In this document: piece by piece, positions 8,377 to 17,211 of the stretch
How the letters are laid out: each line of letters opens with the position of its first letter
How positions within the stretch are numbered: position 1 is the first letter of the stretch
IMG/VR virus record: IMGVR_UViG_3300044759_000077
Coordinates: 1-33,876 of that record
Length of the DNA: 33,876 nucleotides
Strand: one strand, 5' to 3'
Source of the DNA: a virus
Taxonomy: Duplodnaviria; Caudoviricetes
The notes under the pieces: model-generated
Told to the model about the DNA's origin: nothing
What the model saw: only the letters and a program-made list of their open reading frames with translations
Databases searched by the model: none
Program-made: the position numbers and the translations under genes

Positions 8377-8626
8377 CTACGGCCTGTTCCTGCGGGAACT
8401 CACCGAGCGTGCCGCCGACCGCAACGCGCTGAAGCGGTACTGGACGGCCGGGCCCGGCCTGGCGAAGTGGGCCGGTAAACCGCACGCCTGGACAGCCCTG
8501 TACCACCACCTGCTGAAGTACCTTCCGCCCGGTCGTGCGAAAAGGACCGCGGCAGAGTGGTTTCACCTGGTCAAGGGCTACTGGCCCGGCCACCAGAAGG
8601 GCTCCAACAAGACCGGCCCGGGCTGA
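8369..8626 (+). CDS. small Trp-rich head-module protein
   Basis: Between portal and protease; LKRYWTAGPGLAKW...WFHLVKGYWPG. Confidence 0.65.
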   Translation: MDDYGLFLRELTERAADRNALKRYWTAGPGLAKWAGKPHAWTALYHHLLKYLPPGRAKRTAAEWFHLVKGYWPGHQKGSNKTGPG

Positions 8627-8669
8627 CCCACCGTCAACCCCCATCCACCCGAAGGAGGTGCGTGGGGCG

Positions 8670-9434
8670 ATGACGCATGTCCTCGACCGCACGGCCCGCA
8701 CCGGCCTGGACCTGTGCATCCGGTCCTACGACTTCGACATCCGCTCGGCGGACGGCGACGGCCTGACATTGGAGGGCTACGCCGCCGTCTTCAACACCCC
8801 GACCCGGATCCGCGACCATGCCGGCGACTTCGACGAGGTGGTGCTGCCCGGCGCGTTCGCCCGGTCGCTCGGCGAGCGGACCCCGGTGCTGCAGTGGGAT
8901 CACGGCCGCGACCCGGCCGTCGGCACCGCACCGATCGGCGACATCGCCGACCTGCGCGAGGACGAGCGCGGCCTGTTCGTCCGGGCCCGGATGTACAACC
9001 ACGCGTCGACCGACCGGGTCCGCATGGCCATCAAGGGCCGCTCGATCAAGGGCATGAGCTTCCGCTTCGGGGTGCCCGACAAGGGCGACACCTGGACCAA
9101 GCGCACCGGGGAGCCAGACCTGCGGGAGATCCGCGACGCCGACGTGCACGAGCTCGGCCCGGTCGTGTTCCCGGCCTACAAGACCACCTCGGTCGGCCTG
9201 CGGCACCTGCTGGCCGACCTCACCCCGGACGAGCGCCGGGACCTGATCCGGGAGTTGGCCGCCGAACTGCGGGCCATCCCGGACCTCACAGACCTCGTCG
9301 GGCAGCCAGGAGCGCGGAGCTCGGGCGGCGACGAAGCAACCGGCACGGAGCCAGGAAACGGCGCTGCGCCAACTCCCCACCTCCGCCAGCGCCTCGATGA
9401 GGGCGCACTTCGAGCACGAGGAATCCTGACGTGA
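8670..9434 (+). CDS. prohead protease, HK97 family (peptidase S78)
   Basis: AAGGAGGTG SD; LEGYAAVFN, PGAF, WDHG, GMSFRF and ELGPVVFPAY motifs. Confidence 0.92.
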   Translation: MTHVLDRTARTGLDLCIRSYDFDIRSADGDGLTLEGYAAVFNTPTRIRDHAGDFDEVVLPGAFARSLGERTPVLQWDHGRDPAVGTAPIGDIADLREDERGLFVRARMYNHASTDRVRMAIKGRSIKGMSFRFGVPDKGDTWTKRTGEPDLREIRDADVHELGPVVFPAYKTTSVGLRHLLADLTPDERRDLIRELAAELRAIPDLTDLVGQPGARSSGGDEATGTEPGNGAAPTPHLRQRLDEGALRARGILT

Positions 9435-10936
9435 CCATCGAAATCATGGCCGAGCTCCGCGACAAGTCCGCGGACGCCCTGGCCGCCGGCACCCCCGACG
9501 AACTGCGCGGCAAGACCCCCGACGAGATGCAGCACTTCGTCGAGGTCCTCGACGCGCACCTGCGCTCCATCCACACCGACGAGAACACCGGGGAACTGCG
9601 CGACAAGACCCCCGCCGAACAGACCGCCTTCGACTACGGGCTGAAGCTGCGCGACCTCGCCATCAAGAAGCTCGACGAGCACCGCGCGGTGCAGGAGGTC
9701 TTCAAGCGCCGACCCAAGTCCGTCGAGGCGGCGATGCTGAACCTCGGCACCCGCGACAAGGCCGACCCGTACGGCGACGTGCGGCGGATGCCCGTCAACG
9801 AGGCTCGCGACCGGGCGCTGCGGGTGCTCGACGACCGCAACGCCGCCGCCCACCTCACCGCCGACGAGAAGACCGCCGTGGAGCGGCAGGTCCGTACCTC
9901 CACGGACATCGCCCGCCGGATCCTGATCACCGAGAACGAGCACTACCGCGCTGCGTGGCTGAAGATGGTCACCCGGCCCAACGGCGTCATGTACCTCACC
10001 GAGGACGAGCGTCGGGCCATGATGGCGTGGGACGAGTACCGGACCATGTCGGAGGGCGTCACCACCGCGGGTGGGTTCGGAATTCCGGTGTTCATCGACC
10101 CGTCGATCATCATGACGGCGCAGGGCAGCGACAACCCGTTCCTGCGCATCGCCCGGCAGGTCGACGTCAACACCAACGCCTGGAAGGGCGTCTCCTCGGC
10201 CGGTGTGTCGTGGTCGTTCGACGCCGAAGGTGTCGAGGCATCCGACGACTCGCCGACCCTGGCGCAGCCGACCGTGACCGTCCACATGGCCCGCGGTCTC
10301 ATCCCGTACACCATCGAGGTCGGCCAGGACTACCCCGGCTTCGCCGCCGAGATGTCCCGACTGCTCGCCGACGGCTACGACGAGCTGCTGGTGGACAAGT
10401 TCACCCGCGGCACCGGCACCGGGGAGCCGCAGGGCATCCTCACCGTGCTGTCGGCCACGGCCGGCGCCCGGGTCGGGGTCACCACCTCCGGCGCCACCCA
10501 GCCATTCGGCCCGAAGGACCCGTACAACGTCTGGAAGGCCCTTCCGCAGCGGTTCCGCCGCAAGGCGTCCTGGCTCATGAGCGTGGACGTGAACAACAAC
10601 ATCCGGCAGATCGCGTCGGCGAACGTGTTCCACGCGTTCACCGAGAGCCTGCCCGCCGAGTGGGCGGACATGCTGTTCGGCAAGCAGACCTACGAGAGCC
10701 CGTACATGCCGGACACGACCACATCGACGTCCGCCAACTCCGGGCTCGCGATCGTGGGCGACTTCCAGAACTACGTCATCGCCCGCAGGGGAGGGATGAG
10801 TGTTGAGCTCGTGCCTCATCTGACCTCGACGACGACGAACCTGCCCAACGGAACCCGGGCCTGGTTCGCCTACGCCCGCATCGGCGGCGGCGCGGCGACG
10901 ACAAGCGCGTTCAAACTGCTGGTGAACACGGCCTGA
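9431..10936 (+). CDS. major capsid protein, HK97 fold with N-terminal delta domain
   Basis: Helical N-terminus, then AGGFGIP, GTGTGEPQGIL, GDFQNYVIARR and YARIGGG. Confidence 0.93.
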   Translation: MTIEIMAELRDKSADALAAGTPDELRGKTPDEMQHFVEVLDAHLRSIHTDENTGELRDKTPAEQTAFDYGLKLRDLAIKKLDEHRAVQEVFKRRPKSVEAAMLNLGTRDKADPYGDVRRMPVNEARDRALRVLDDRNAAAHLTADEKTAVERQVRTSTDIARRILITENEHYRAAWLKMVTRPNGVMYLTEDERRAMMAWDEYRTMSEGVTTAGGFGIPVFIDPSIIMTAQGSDNPFLRIARQVDVNTNAWKGVSSAGVSWSFDAEGVEASDDSPTLAQPTVTVHMARGLIPYTIEVGQDYPGFAAEMSRLLADGYDELLVDKFTRGTGTGEPQGILTVLSATAGARVGVTTSGATQPFGPKDPYNVWKALPQRFRRKASWLMSVDVNNNIRQIASANVFHAFTESLPAEWADMLFGKQTYESPYMPDTTTSTSANSGLAIVGDFQNYVIARRGGMSVELVPHLTSTTTNLPNGTRAWFAYARIGGGAATTSAFKLLVNTA

Positions 10937-10993
10937 CCTGGGCCGATGCCGATGACCAGCGCATCCGTCCCGCATCTGAGGGAGAACATCACC

Positions 10994-11185
10994 GTGGCAG
11001 AGGTCAGGAAGACCGAAGCACCGAAGGCGCCCGAGAAGCCTGCACCGAAGCTCGCCCGGGCATCCGAGTCCAGCGATGCCGCCGTCCACAACCTGCTCGC
11101 CGAGCAGGAGATCCACCGGATGAACGGCGACGACAAGAAGGTCGCCGACACCGTTCGGCGCCTCGCGGAACTCGGGTACGCGTAA
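10994..11185 (+). CDS. small hypothetical protein after the capsid gene
   Basis: GAGGGAG SD before GTG 10994; 63 aa. Confidence 0.65.
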   Translation: MAEVRKTEAPKAPEKPAPKLARASESSDAAVHNLLAEQEIHRMNGDDKKVADTVRRLAELGYA

Positions 11186-11353
11186 ATGGCGCAGGCATAC
11201 GAGTACGTCGTTACCGCCGGCACCTCGGCGAACACGGCAGCGTTCGAGGCTGCGGTCGGCGCCACCGACGCCGACGGCTGGGAAGTCATCGGCTTCTCGG
11301 TGGACGGCGGCAACCTCTGGGCGCTGTTCCGCCGCCGGCTCTGCGACGAGTAG
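11186..11353 (+). CDS. 55-aa protein, DUF4177-like pattern; not in the ORF track
   Basis: ATG directly after the upstream TAA. Translates as MAQAYEYVV...ADGWEVIGFSVDGGNLWALFRR. Confidence 0.6.
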   Translation: MAQAYEYVVTAGTSANTAAFEAAVGATDADGWEVIGFSVDGGNLWALFRRRLCDE

Positions 11354-11376
11354 CAGAGCATCCGGTTCCCTTCAGC

Positions 11377-11413
11377 GCGAAGGCCCCAGGCCACCCCCGC
11401 CTGGGGCCTTCGC
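11377..11413 (+). terminator. perfect 15-bp hairpin, putative terminator or attenuator after the capsid genes
   Basis: GCGAAGGCCCCAGGC-CACCCCC-GCCTGGGGCCTTCGC, with no strong U tract. Confidence 0.6.
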
Positions 11414-11437
11414 CTATCCCCGGAAGGCCAACCATCC

Positions 11438-11695
11438 ATGATCGAGTTCGTGTACGCGCGGGCCACCGGCAACGCGCACCTGCCGAACGGGCAGACGATC
11501 CGTATCGCCGCCGGCTACATGGTCCCCGCCAACGACCCGGTCGTCGCAGCCAACCCCGACCTGTTCTCCCCGGACCCGCGGTACTGCTCGGCGCTGTTCG
11601 GAACCGTCCTGCCCGCCGAACTGGCCGGGCCGCCGGTCGAGACCGCCACCGCGGCGCCGGGCGAGCGCCGCAACGCGCGACGGCCGACTGGATGA
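11438..11695 (+). CDS. hypothetical capsid-adjacent protein
   Basis: DPVVAANPDLF and VETATAAPGERR motifs, typical of small actinophage genes after the MCP. Confidence 0.7.
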   Translation: MIEFVYARATGNAHLPNGQTIRIAAGYMVPANDPVVAANPDLFSPDPRYCSALFGTVLPAELAGPPVETATAAPGERRNARRPTG

Positions 11696-11853
11696 GCGAG
11701 CCGACCGGCACGCCAGTCCCGAATCAGGCCGACCTCGCATGGAAGCGGCTCCAGGCGCTCAGGGCCGAGGCCCGCGAACTCGGCATCGACGTCGACGACC
11801 GCTGGCCCATCGCGCGCCTCGAATCCGAGATCGAAGACAGCCGCCGGCCCTGA
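11692..11853 (+). CDS. 53-aa HeH/Rho-N-like protein; not in the ORF track
   Basis: ATGA overlap; LRAEARELGIDVDDRWPIARLESEI. Confidence 0.6.
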   Translation: MSEPTGTPVPNQADLAWKRLQALRAEARELGIDVDDRWPIARLESEIEDSRRP

Positions 11854-11856
11854 ACT

Positions 11857-11928
11857 CCTGCGGCCGGCATTTCCGTGGATGGTTGGCCGGCCGCAGGTCA
11901 CAACCCTCCACCAACCATCCACAAGGGA
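11857..11928 (+). promoter_or_regulatory. potential H-type pseudoknot ending at the RBS of the first glycosyltransferase
   Basis: Perfect 12-bp stem (11857-11868/11886-11897). Loop GTGGATGGTTG is complementary to CAACCATCCAC (11912-11922), and AAGGGA follows at 11923. Confidence 0.55.
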
Positions 11929-11934
11929 CTATCC

Positions 11935-13380
11935 GTGACCGAAGCAGAAGAGATCCCCGACCCGGCCCAGGCCGTCGCCGTCGCCTACGTCCACACCGAC
12001 GAGGTGCTCTACTCCTGGCACCACTCCATGACCCAACTCCTCGCCTACGACGCCGCCAACACGGGGCGGATCTGGACCGGCGGGTACGTCGCCATCAGGT
12101 GCGGCACCGACGGCCTGGCCGACGCACGCAACAAGGCCGTCGCCGAATTCCTCGCCGACTCCGCCGCGGCGTGGTTGTGGTGGATAGACACCGACATGGG
12201 GTTCGCGCCGGACACCGTCGACCGGCTCGTCGAGGCCGCCGACCCCGCCGAGCGGCCCATCGTCGGCGCGTTGTGCTTCGCCAACCGGGAGACCGAGAAC
12301 GACGGTATGGGCGGCCGCCGGGCGATCGCCGCGCCGGTGGTGCTCGACTGGAAGACCATCGACGGGGAGTCCGGCTACGACGTCCGCTGGGACTACCCAC
12401 GCGACACCGTGACCCGCTGCGACGGCACCGGCATGGCCTGCGTGCTCATCCACCGCACGGTCTTCGAGCGGGTCGCCGCCGAGTTCGGTCCCAACTGGTA
12501 CTCGCGCGCCCGGAATCCTTCGACAAACCAGATGATCAGCGAGGACCTGTCCTTCTGCGTCCGCGCGGCCGCCCTGTCCATCCCCATCCACGTCCACACC
12601 GGGGTGAGCACGACCCACGCCAAGCGGATCTGGCTGTCCGAAGAGGACTACTGGCGCCAGCGCGCCATCAACGCGCCGGCACCCGTCGAACCCGCGGTAC
12701 CGGCCGAGCGGACGTGGACCGTACCGCGGTACGCCATCATCCCCACCCACAACCGGCCCGCCCGGCTCCTCGCGCTCGTCACCGCGCTCGGCCCGCAGTG
12801 CGACGTCATCTTCGTGATGGACAACGCATCCGACCCGGCCGTCAACGTCGACAAACTGTCGACCGCAGCACCGCAGGCGACGGTGATGGTCGGGCACGAC
12901 GCCGAGCAGCCGCCACACCTGTCCCGATTCTGGAACGAGATGCTGGACGGTTGCTGGAGCATCGCGAAGGAGCGCGGCGAAGACCACTGGGACGTCGCGA
13001 TCCTCAACGACGACGCGATCGTCCCGGCCGGCTGGTACGACGCCTGCTCGAACGCCCTCCGCGCGCACCCAACCGCCGTTATCGCCCACACCACCCCGAC
13101 CCGTCCGGCGCTGCTCACCGAACTGGGCAACGACCCGGGCAACCGGATGACCCCGCACGCCTTCGTCATCCGGGGCGAGGTCGGACTGCGCGCCGACGAG
13201 TCGATGAGGTGGTGGTTCTTTGACAGTGACCTCGATCAGCGTGCGCGGCTGGCTGGCGGGGTGCTGTCGGTGAACGGGCCGCGGGTGGTCAACTCGCTGG
13301 CCAATACCACCACCCGCGGCGTACTGGCCGAGCAGGCAGAGAAGGACCGGGCCACGTTCGAAGCGAAGTGGTCGGCATGA
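11935..13380 (+). CDS. tandem two-domain GT-A glycosyltransferase
   Basis: Domain 1: ARN, WIDTDM, GMACVLIHR, SEDLSFC. Domain 2: IIPTHNR, MDNAS, ILNDD, WWFFDSDL. Confidence 0.85.
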   Translation: MTEAEEIPDPAQAVAVAYVHTDEVLYSWHHSMTQLLAYDAANTGRIWTGGYVAIRCGTDGLADARNKAVAEFLADSAAAWLWWIDTDMGFAPDTVDRLVEAADPAERPIVGALCFANRETENDGMGGRRAIAAPVVLDWKTIDGESGYDVRWDYPRDTVTRCDGTGMACVLIHRTVFERVAAEFGPNWYSRARNPSTNQMISEDLSFCVRAAALSIPIHVHTGVSTTHAKRIWLSEEDYWRQRAINAPAPVEPAVPAERTWTVPRYAIIPTHNRPARLLALVTALGPQCDVIFVMDNASDPAVNVDKLSTAAPQATVMVGHDAEQPPHLSRFWNEMLDGCWSIAKERGEDHWDVAILNDDAIVPAGWYDACSNALRAHPTAVIAHTTPTRPALLTELGNDPGNRMTPHAFVIRGEVGLRADESMRWWFFDSDLDQRARLAGGVLSVNGPRVVNSLANTTTRGVLAEQAEKDRATFEAKWSA

Positions 13381-13580
13381 ACAAGATCATCGGGGATGAC
13401 TTCTTCAAGGCGCTGCTCGCGGCCGACGTCTTCCGCGACGGGGAGGGCGTCCGCCGGGTGGTCATCGACGCGCAGGCCGGCCACGCGCTGATCATCTACG
13501 TGGAGCGGTTCGGGGACGAGCGGATCCTCTCGGTCGTTCCGACGCTCGAAGGTGTCGAGGTCACCGGAGTCCCGGAGTGA
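13377..13580 (+). CDS. small hypothetical protein
   Basis: ATGA/GTGA coupling on both sides; 67 aa. Confidence 0.65.
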   Translation: MNKIIGDDFFKALLAADVFRDGEGVRRVVIDAQAGHALIIYVERFGDERILSVVPTLEGVEVTGVPE

Positions 13581-14542
13581 TCCGGGTCTTCGGGTGGCAG
13601 ACGTCCACCGCCGCCGAGCACGACTTCCGGATCGGCCTGCCGTTCCCCCTGCTCGACCCCACGCGGTTCGAGACGGCCGTCGGCACGCCAGGGTCGGACA
13701 TCTTCGAGTACGACGTGGTGTTCGCGCACCGGCTCGCCGGCAGGTCCGACCTCTGGCGGCACCTATGCGCGAACTACCCCGACGTGCTGTGCGTGTACGA
13801 CATGGACGACGACCTCCTGGCCGTGGACCCCGAGAACACCACCTGCTACCGGATCTTCCACCCACTGGCGCAGGAGACCCGGCGAAACGTCGAGGCGGCC
13901 GACATCGTCACCGTCTCCTCGCCGGTGCTGGCCGAGCGCTACGAGAAGATCAACCCCAACGTGGTGGTGCTGCCGCAGGTCATCCCCGACGGGATGTGCG
14001 ACTGGCCCCGACCGGCCGAGGACCGGCCGCTGACGGTCGGCTGGGCCGGCTCGATGCACAAGCAGCAGGACTGGCCCGGCATCGCCGAGGCGCTCCAGCG
14101 GTTCGCTCGGATCCAGCCCGATGTCCGGTTCCGGATGTACGGAGGGGATTACACCCGGGGCCTGCTGGCCGGCCGGTGCGAGTTCGTGCCGTTCACCGAC
14201 CCCCTGACGTACTGGCGGTCGCTGGCCTTCGACATCGGCATCGCCCCCCTGGTCGACACGCCGTTCAACCGGGGCAAGACCACCACGAAGCTGCTGGAGT
14301 ACGGCGCCGCCGGCATCCCCACCGTGGCGTCGGCCATCGGCCAGTACGTCGAGTGGATCGACGAAGGGGTCAACGGCTGGCTCGTCCGGGACCCGTCCGA
14401 GTGGCTGCCGTACCTCATCGCCCTCACCGACGACCAGCACCGGCACGCACTCGGTGATGCGGCCCGAGACAAGGCCCGCGAGTCCGAGGTGTCCAAGCAC
14501 GTGCACCGGTGGGAGTCCGTGTTCGAGGGGAAGGTGTCGTGA
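13577..14542 (+). CDS. GT-B glycosyltransferase (GT4-like)
   Basis: YDMDDDL, ADIVTVSS, VGWAGS and DIGIAPL...FNRGK...KLLEYGAAGIPTVAS. Confidence 0.88.
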   Translation: MIRVFGWQTSTAAEHDFRIGLPFPLLDPTRFETAVGTPGSDIFEYDVVFAHRLAGRSDLWRHLCANYPDVLCVYDMDDDLLAVDPENTTCYRIFHPLAQETRRNVEAADIVTVSSPVLAERYEKINPNVVVLPQVIPDGMCDWPRPAEDRPLTVGWAGSMHKQQDWPGIAEALQRFARIQPDVRFRMYGGDYTRGLLAGRCEFVPFTDPLTYWRSLAFDIGIAPLVDTPFNRGKTTTKLLEYGAAGIPTVASAIGQYVEWIDEGVNGWLVRDPSEWLPYLIALTDDQHRHALGDAARDKARESEVSKHVHRWESVFEGKVS

Positions 14543-14772
14543 CAAAGGTCAACATCAACGGCGCCAACCACCAGGTGGAGATCGAGCACCAGGGCGGCGA
14601 CCTCGGGTACGTCATTGAGAAGGCACAGAAGCTCTGGGACGAGACCAAGCCGCAGGACCAGGGCGTTGGCCCGGCATTCGGCTACTCGGCGCAGGTGAAG
14701 CTGGCCACGAACGGCAGCCAGTACGGCTCGGGGTCGTTCCGGCACGGCGACCGTCCGGTGGTGGACGGGTGA
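14539..14772 (+). CDS. small hypothetical protein
   Basis: GTGA coupling on both sides; 77 aa. Confidence 0.6.
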   Translation: MTKVNINGANHQVEIEHQGGDLGYVIEKAQKLWDETKPQDQGVGPAFGYSAQVKLATNGSQYGSGSFRHGDRPVVDG

Positions 14773-15941
14773 AGCGCCAGGCATGCTCCGCGTGCGGCTG
14801 CGCCGAGCTGGACGAGTTCCTCGACCTCGGCGAGAGCCCGATCGCCGACGCCTACACCGCGCTCCCTGACGAGCCCTCGGAGCGGTTCCCGCTTCAGGTG
14901 GCGGTGTGCGCGAAGTGCCGGCTGGTCCAACTGCTGGAGGTCGTCGACCACGAGGTGCTGTTCGGCACCGGGTACAGCTTCTACAGCTCCGCATCGGCGC
15001 CGCTGAGCGCCTACCACGGCGCCTACGCCCGCGACGTCCTGCGCGAGCACGGCGAGTTGGCCCGCCGCGGGGTGGTGGAGGTGGGCTGCAACGACGGGGA
15101 CCTGCTGAGGCACTTCGCCGACTACCCGGCGGTCGGGGTGGACCCGGCGATGGGGCCAGCCAACGCCGCGAGGCATCGCGGGCTGGAGGTGCTGGTCCGG
15201 CCCTTCGGCCTCGCCGTCGCCCACGACCTGCGGGACCGGCGCGGCCACCAGGGCATCGTGGTCGCCAACCACGTGCTCGCGCACGTCGCCGACGTCGCCG
15301 ACGTCCTCGGCGGCATCCGGGTCCTGCTCCGGCCCGACGGTGTCGCCATGGTCGAGGTCCAGTACCTGCCGGACCTCTTGGTCAACAACGCCTTCGACCT
15401 CGTGTACCACGAGCATCGCAACTTCTTCAGCCTGTCGTCGCTGGAGCAGGCGGCGCTGCGGCACGACCTGCACGTCGTCGACGCCCGGCTCACCGACCGG
15501 CAGGGCGGCTCACTGCGGGTCACCCTGGCCCGCCAGCCCAAACCCTCGGCAACGGTGGACCGGATCCGGGCCTCCGAACGCTGGCTGGACTCCTGGTCCG
15601 CCTACGAGGGGATGCAGGGCCGGGTCGAGCGGATCCGGGCACGGCTGCTCCACGCCCTCGACCGCCCCGGGGTCACTGCCGGCTACGGGGCACCCGCGAA
15701 GGCCACCACCCTGCTCAGCTACTGCGGCATCGACGCCTCGATGCTGTCCTGGGTGGTCGACTCCACCCCGGCCAAGCGGGGCCGGTTCATCCCCGGCGGC
15801 GGGATCCCGATCGTCGCCGAGGATGCCGCCCATCGGCCCGACACCTACCTGCTGCTGGCGTGGAACTACGCCCGGCAGATCATGGCGGCCAACCCGGGCC
15901 AGCGGTGGGTAGTGCCCATCCCAGCGCCCATTGTGCTGTGA
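14769..15941 (+). CDS. NDP-sugar C-methyltransferase (TylC3/NovU/TcaB9-like)
   Basis: N-terminal zinc site CxxC...CxxC.LVQL, SAM motif EVGCNDG, NHVLAHV, YHEH, GGSLR, GYGAPAK and LLAWNY. Confidence 0.9.
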   Translation: MKRQACSACGCAELDEFLDLGESPIADAYTALPDEPSERFPLQVAVCAKCRLVQLLEVVDHEVLFGTGYSFYSSASAPLSAYHGAYARDVLREHGELARRGVVEVGCNDGDLLRHFADYPAVGVDPAMGPANAARHRGLEVLVRPFGLAVAHDLRDRRGHQGIVVANHVLAHVADVADVLGGIRVLLRPDGVAMVEVQYLPDLLVNNAFDLVYHEHRNFFSLSSLEQAALRHDLHVVDARLTDRQGGSLRVTLARQPKPSATVDRIRASERWLDSWSAYEGMQGRVERIRARLLHALDRPGVTAGYGAPAKATTLLSYCGIDASMLSWVVDSTPAKRGRFIPGGGIPIVAEDAAHRPDTYLLLAWNYARQIMAANPGQRWVVPIPAPIVL

Positions 15942-16306
15942 ACGACTGGGGGTGCCCGAACGTCCCGCCCTGCGAGCACCCGGCCGTGCTGCACGACATC
16001 TACGAGCCGGGTGACCCGTACCCAACGTGCTGCGTCGGGGACTGTCGTTGTGGCCGGCCAGGCGACGCGGTGGTCGAGCGGCACGAGGACGGCACGCTGA
16101 CGGTTGAGCGCGCCGACCCGGTGATCCGGGTCAGTTGCGAGCTGCTGGACCAGATGGCGGACGAGGGGTCGCAGCAGTGGGACCCGGACACCATGGTCCT
16201 GACGCTCGATACGGCGGGCCGGTACCGGTACGAGTACATGCGCCCAGACCCGACCACCTCTTCGGGGCGTGTGCTGATCTTCGGGCGGGTGCGGTGCGAG
16301 CACTGA
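15938..16306 (+). CDS. hypothetical protein with Cys/His-rich N-terminus
   Basis: GTGA coupling; C...CEH...H...CC...CRC. This is the 3' part of ORF 14906..16306. Confidence 0.6.
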   Translation: MNDWGCPNVPPCEHPAVLHDIYEPGDPYPTCCVGDCRCGRPGDAVVERHEDGTLTVERADPVIRVSCELLDQMADEGSQQWDPDTMVLTLDTAGRYRYEYMRPDPTTSSGRVLIFGRVRCEH

Positions 16307-17211
16307 TCCTGGGTGTCACCGGCCAGGACGGCTACTACCTCGCCGAGCAACTCCTCGACGAGGGGGTCGAGGTGCACGGGACGGTCCGCCGCCCCACAGC
16401 GTGGCCGCTCGGCGTCCGGTTGCACGGTGCGGATCTCCTCGACCAGGACTCGCTGCGGCAGGCCCTGCGGCGGTCACGGCCGGACGTGGTCTACGACCTG
16501 GCCGCGGTCACCGCGCCGGGCGGGGCGTGGGGAACCCCGCCGCCGCCGCTGCTCGCCGAGGTCACCGGACTCGGCGTGGTCCGGCTGATGGACGCCATGC
16601 TGAGGGTCTGCCCGGACGCCCGGCTCGTCCACGCCTCCTCGTCGGCGATCTACGACGTACACCGCTACGGCCTGTACGGGATCGCGAAGCGGTTCGCCCA
16701 TGACGCGGTGGTCGGCTACCGGTGCAAGCTGCACAGCTCCAACGCCGTGCTCTACTCGCACACCTCGCCGCGGCAGGATCCCCGGTTCCTGGCGCCGACG
16801 ATCGCGACCAGGGTGGCCCGGTGGCCCGCCGGAGGGCGGCTGGTCCTGACCGACATCCTGGGCCGTCGGGACTGGGGCCACGCACCCGACTACATGCGGG
16901 CGCTGCCGTTGATCGCCGCCCAGGGCCGGCCCGGGGACTACGACGTGGCCACCGGCCGGCCCCGCACCGTCCGGGACTTCGCCGAGGCGGCCCTCGCCGT
17001 CCGGGGGCTGGCGTGGGACGAGGTGGTCGAGGTCGACCAGGGGCCGGTCGCGCCGGTCGAGCGGCCGGCCGACATCGGCCCGCTGAAGGCGCTCGGCTGG
17101 CGGCCGGAGACCCGCTGGCCAGACATGATCCGGCAGATGGTGGAGGTGACGTGGACATCACCGTCGTCATCCCCACCGTCCCGGGCCGGGACACCCTGCA
17201 CCGGGCGCTGA
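16294..17211 (+). CDS. GDP-mannose 4,6-dehydratase-like extended SDR with divergent active site
   Basis: ALILGVTGQDGYYLAE, YGIAK (YxxxK), HTSPR, RDWGHAPDY and DYDVATG. Confidence 0.85.
   Translation: MRALILGVTGQDGYYLAEQLLDEGVEVHGTVRRPTAWPLGVRLHGADLLDQDSLRQALRRSRPDVVYDLAAVTAPGGAWGTPPPPLLAEVTGLGVVRLMDAMLRVCPDARLVHASSSAIYDVHRYGLYGIAKRFAHDAVVGYRCKLHSSNAVLYSHTSPRQDPRFLAPTIATRVARWPAGGRLVLTDILGRRDWGHAPDYMRALPLIAAQGRPGDYDVATGRPRTVRDFAEAALAVRGLAWDEVVEVDQGPVAPVERPADIGPLKALGWRPETRWPDMIRQMVEVTWTSPSSSPPSRAGTPCTGR

Noticed and set aside
9176-11116. Long antisense ORFs (also 18468-19856, 26844-28115, 28781-30115)
   Set aside because: They are shadow frames of GC-rich genes, with no recognisable motifs.
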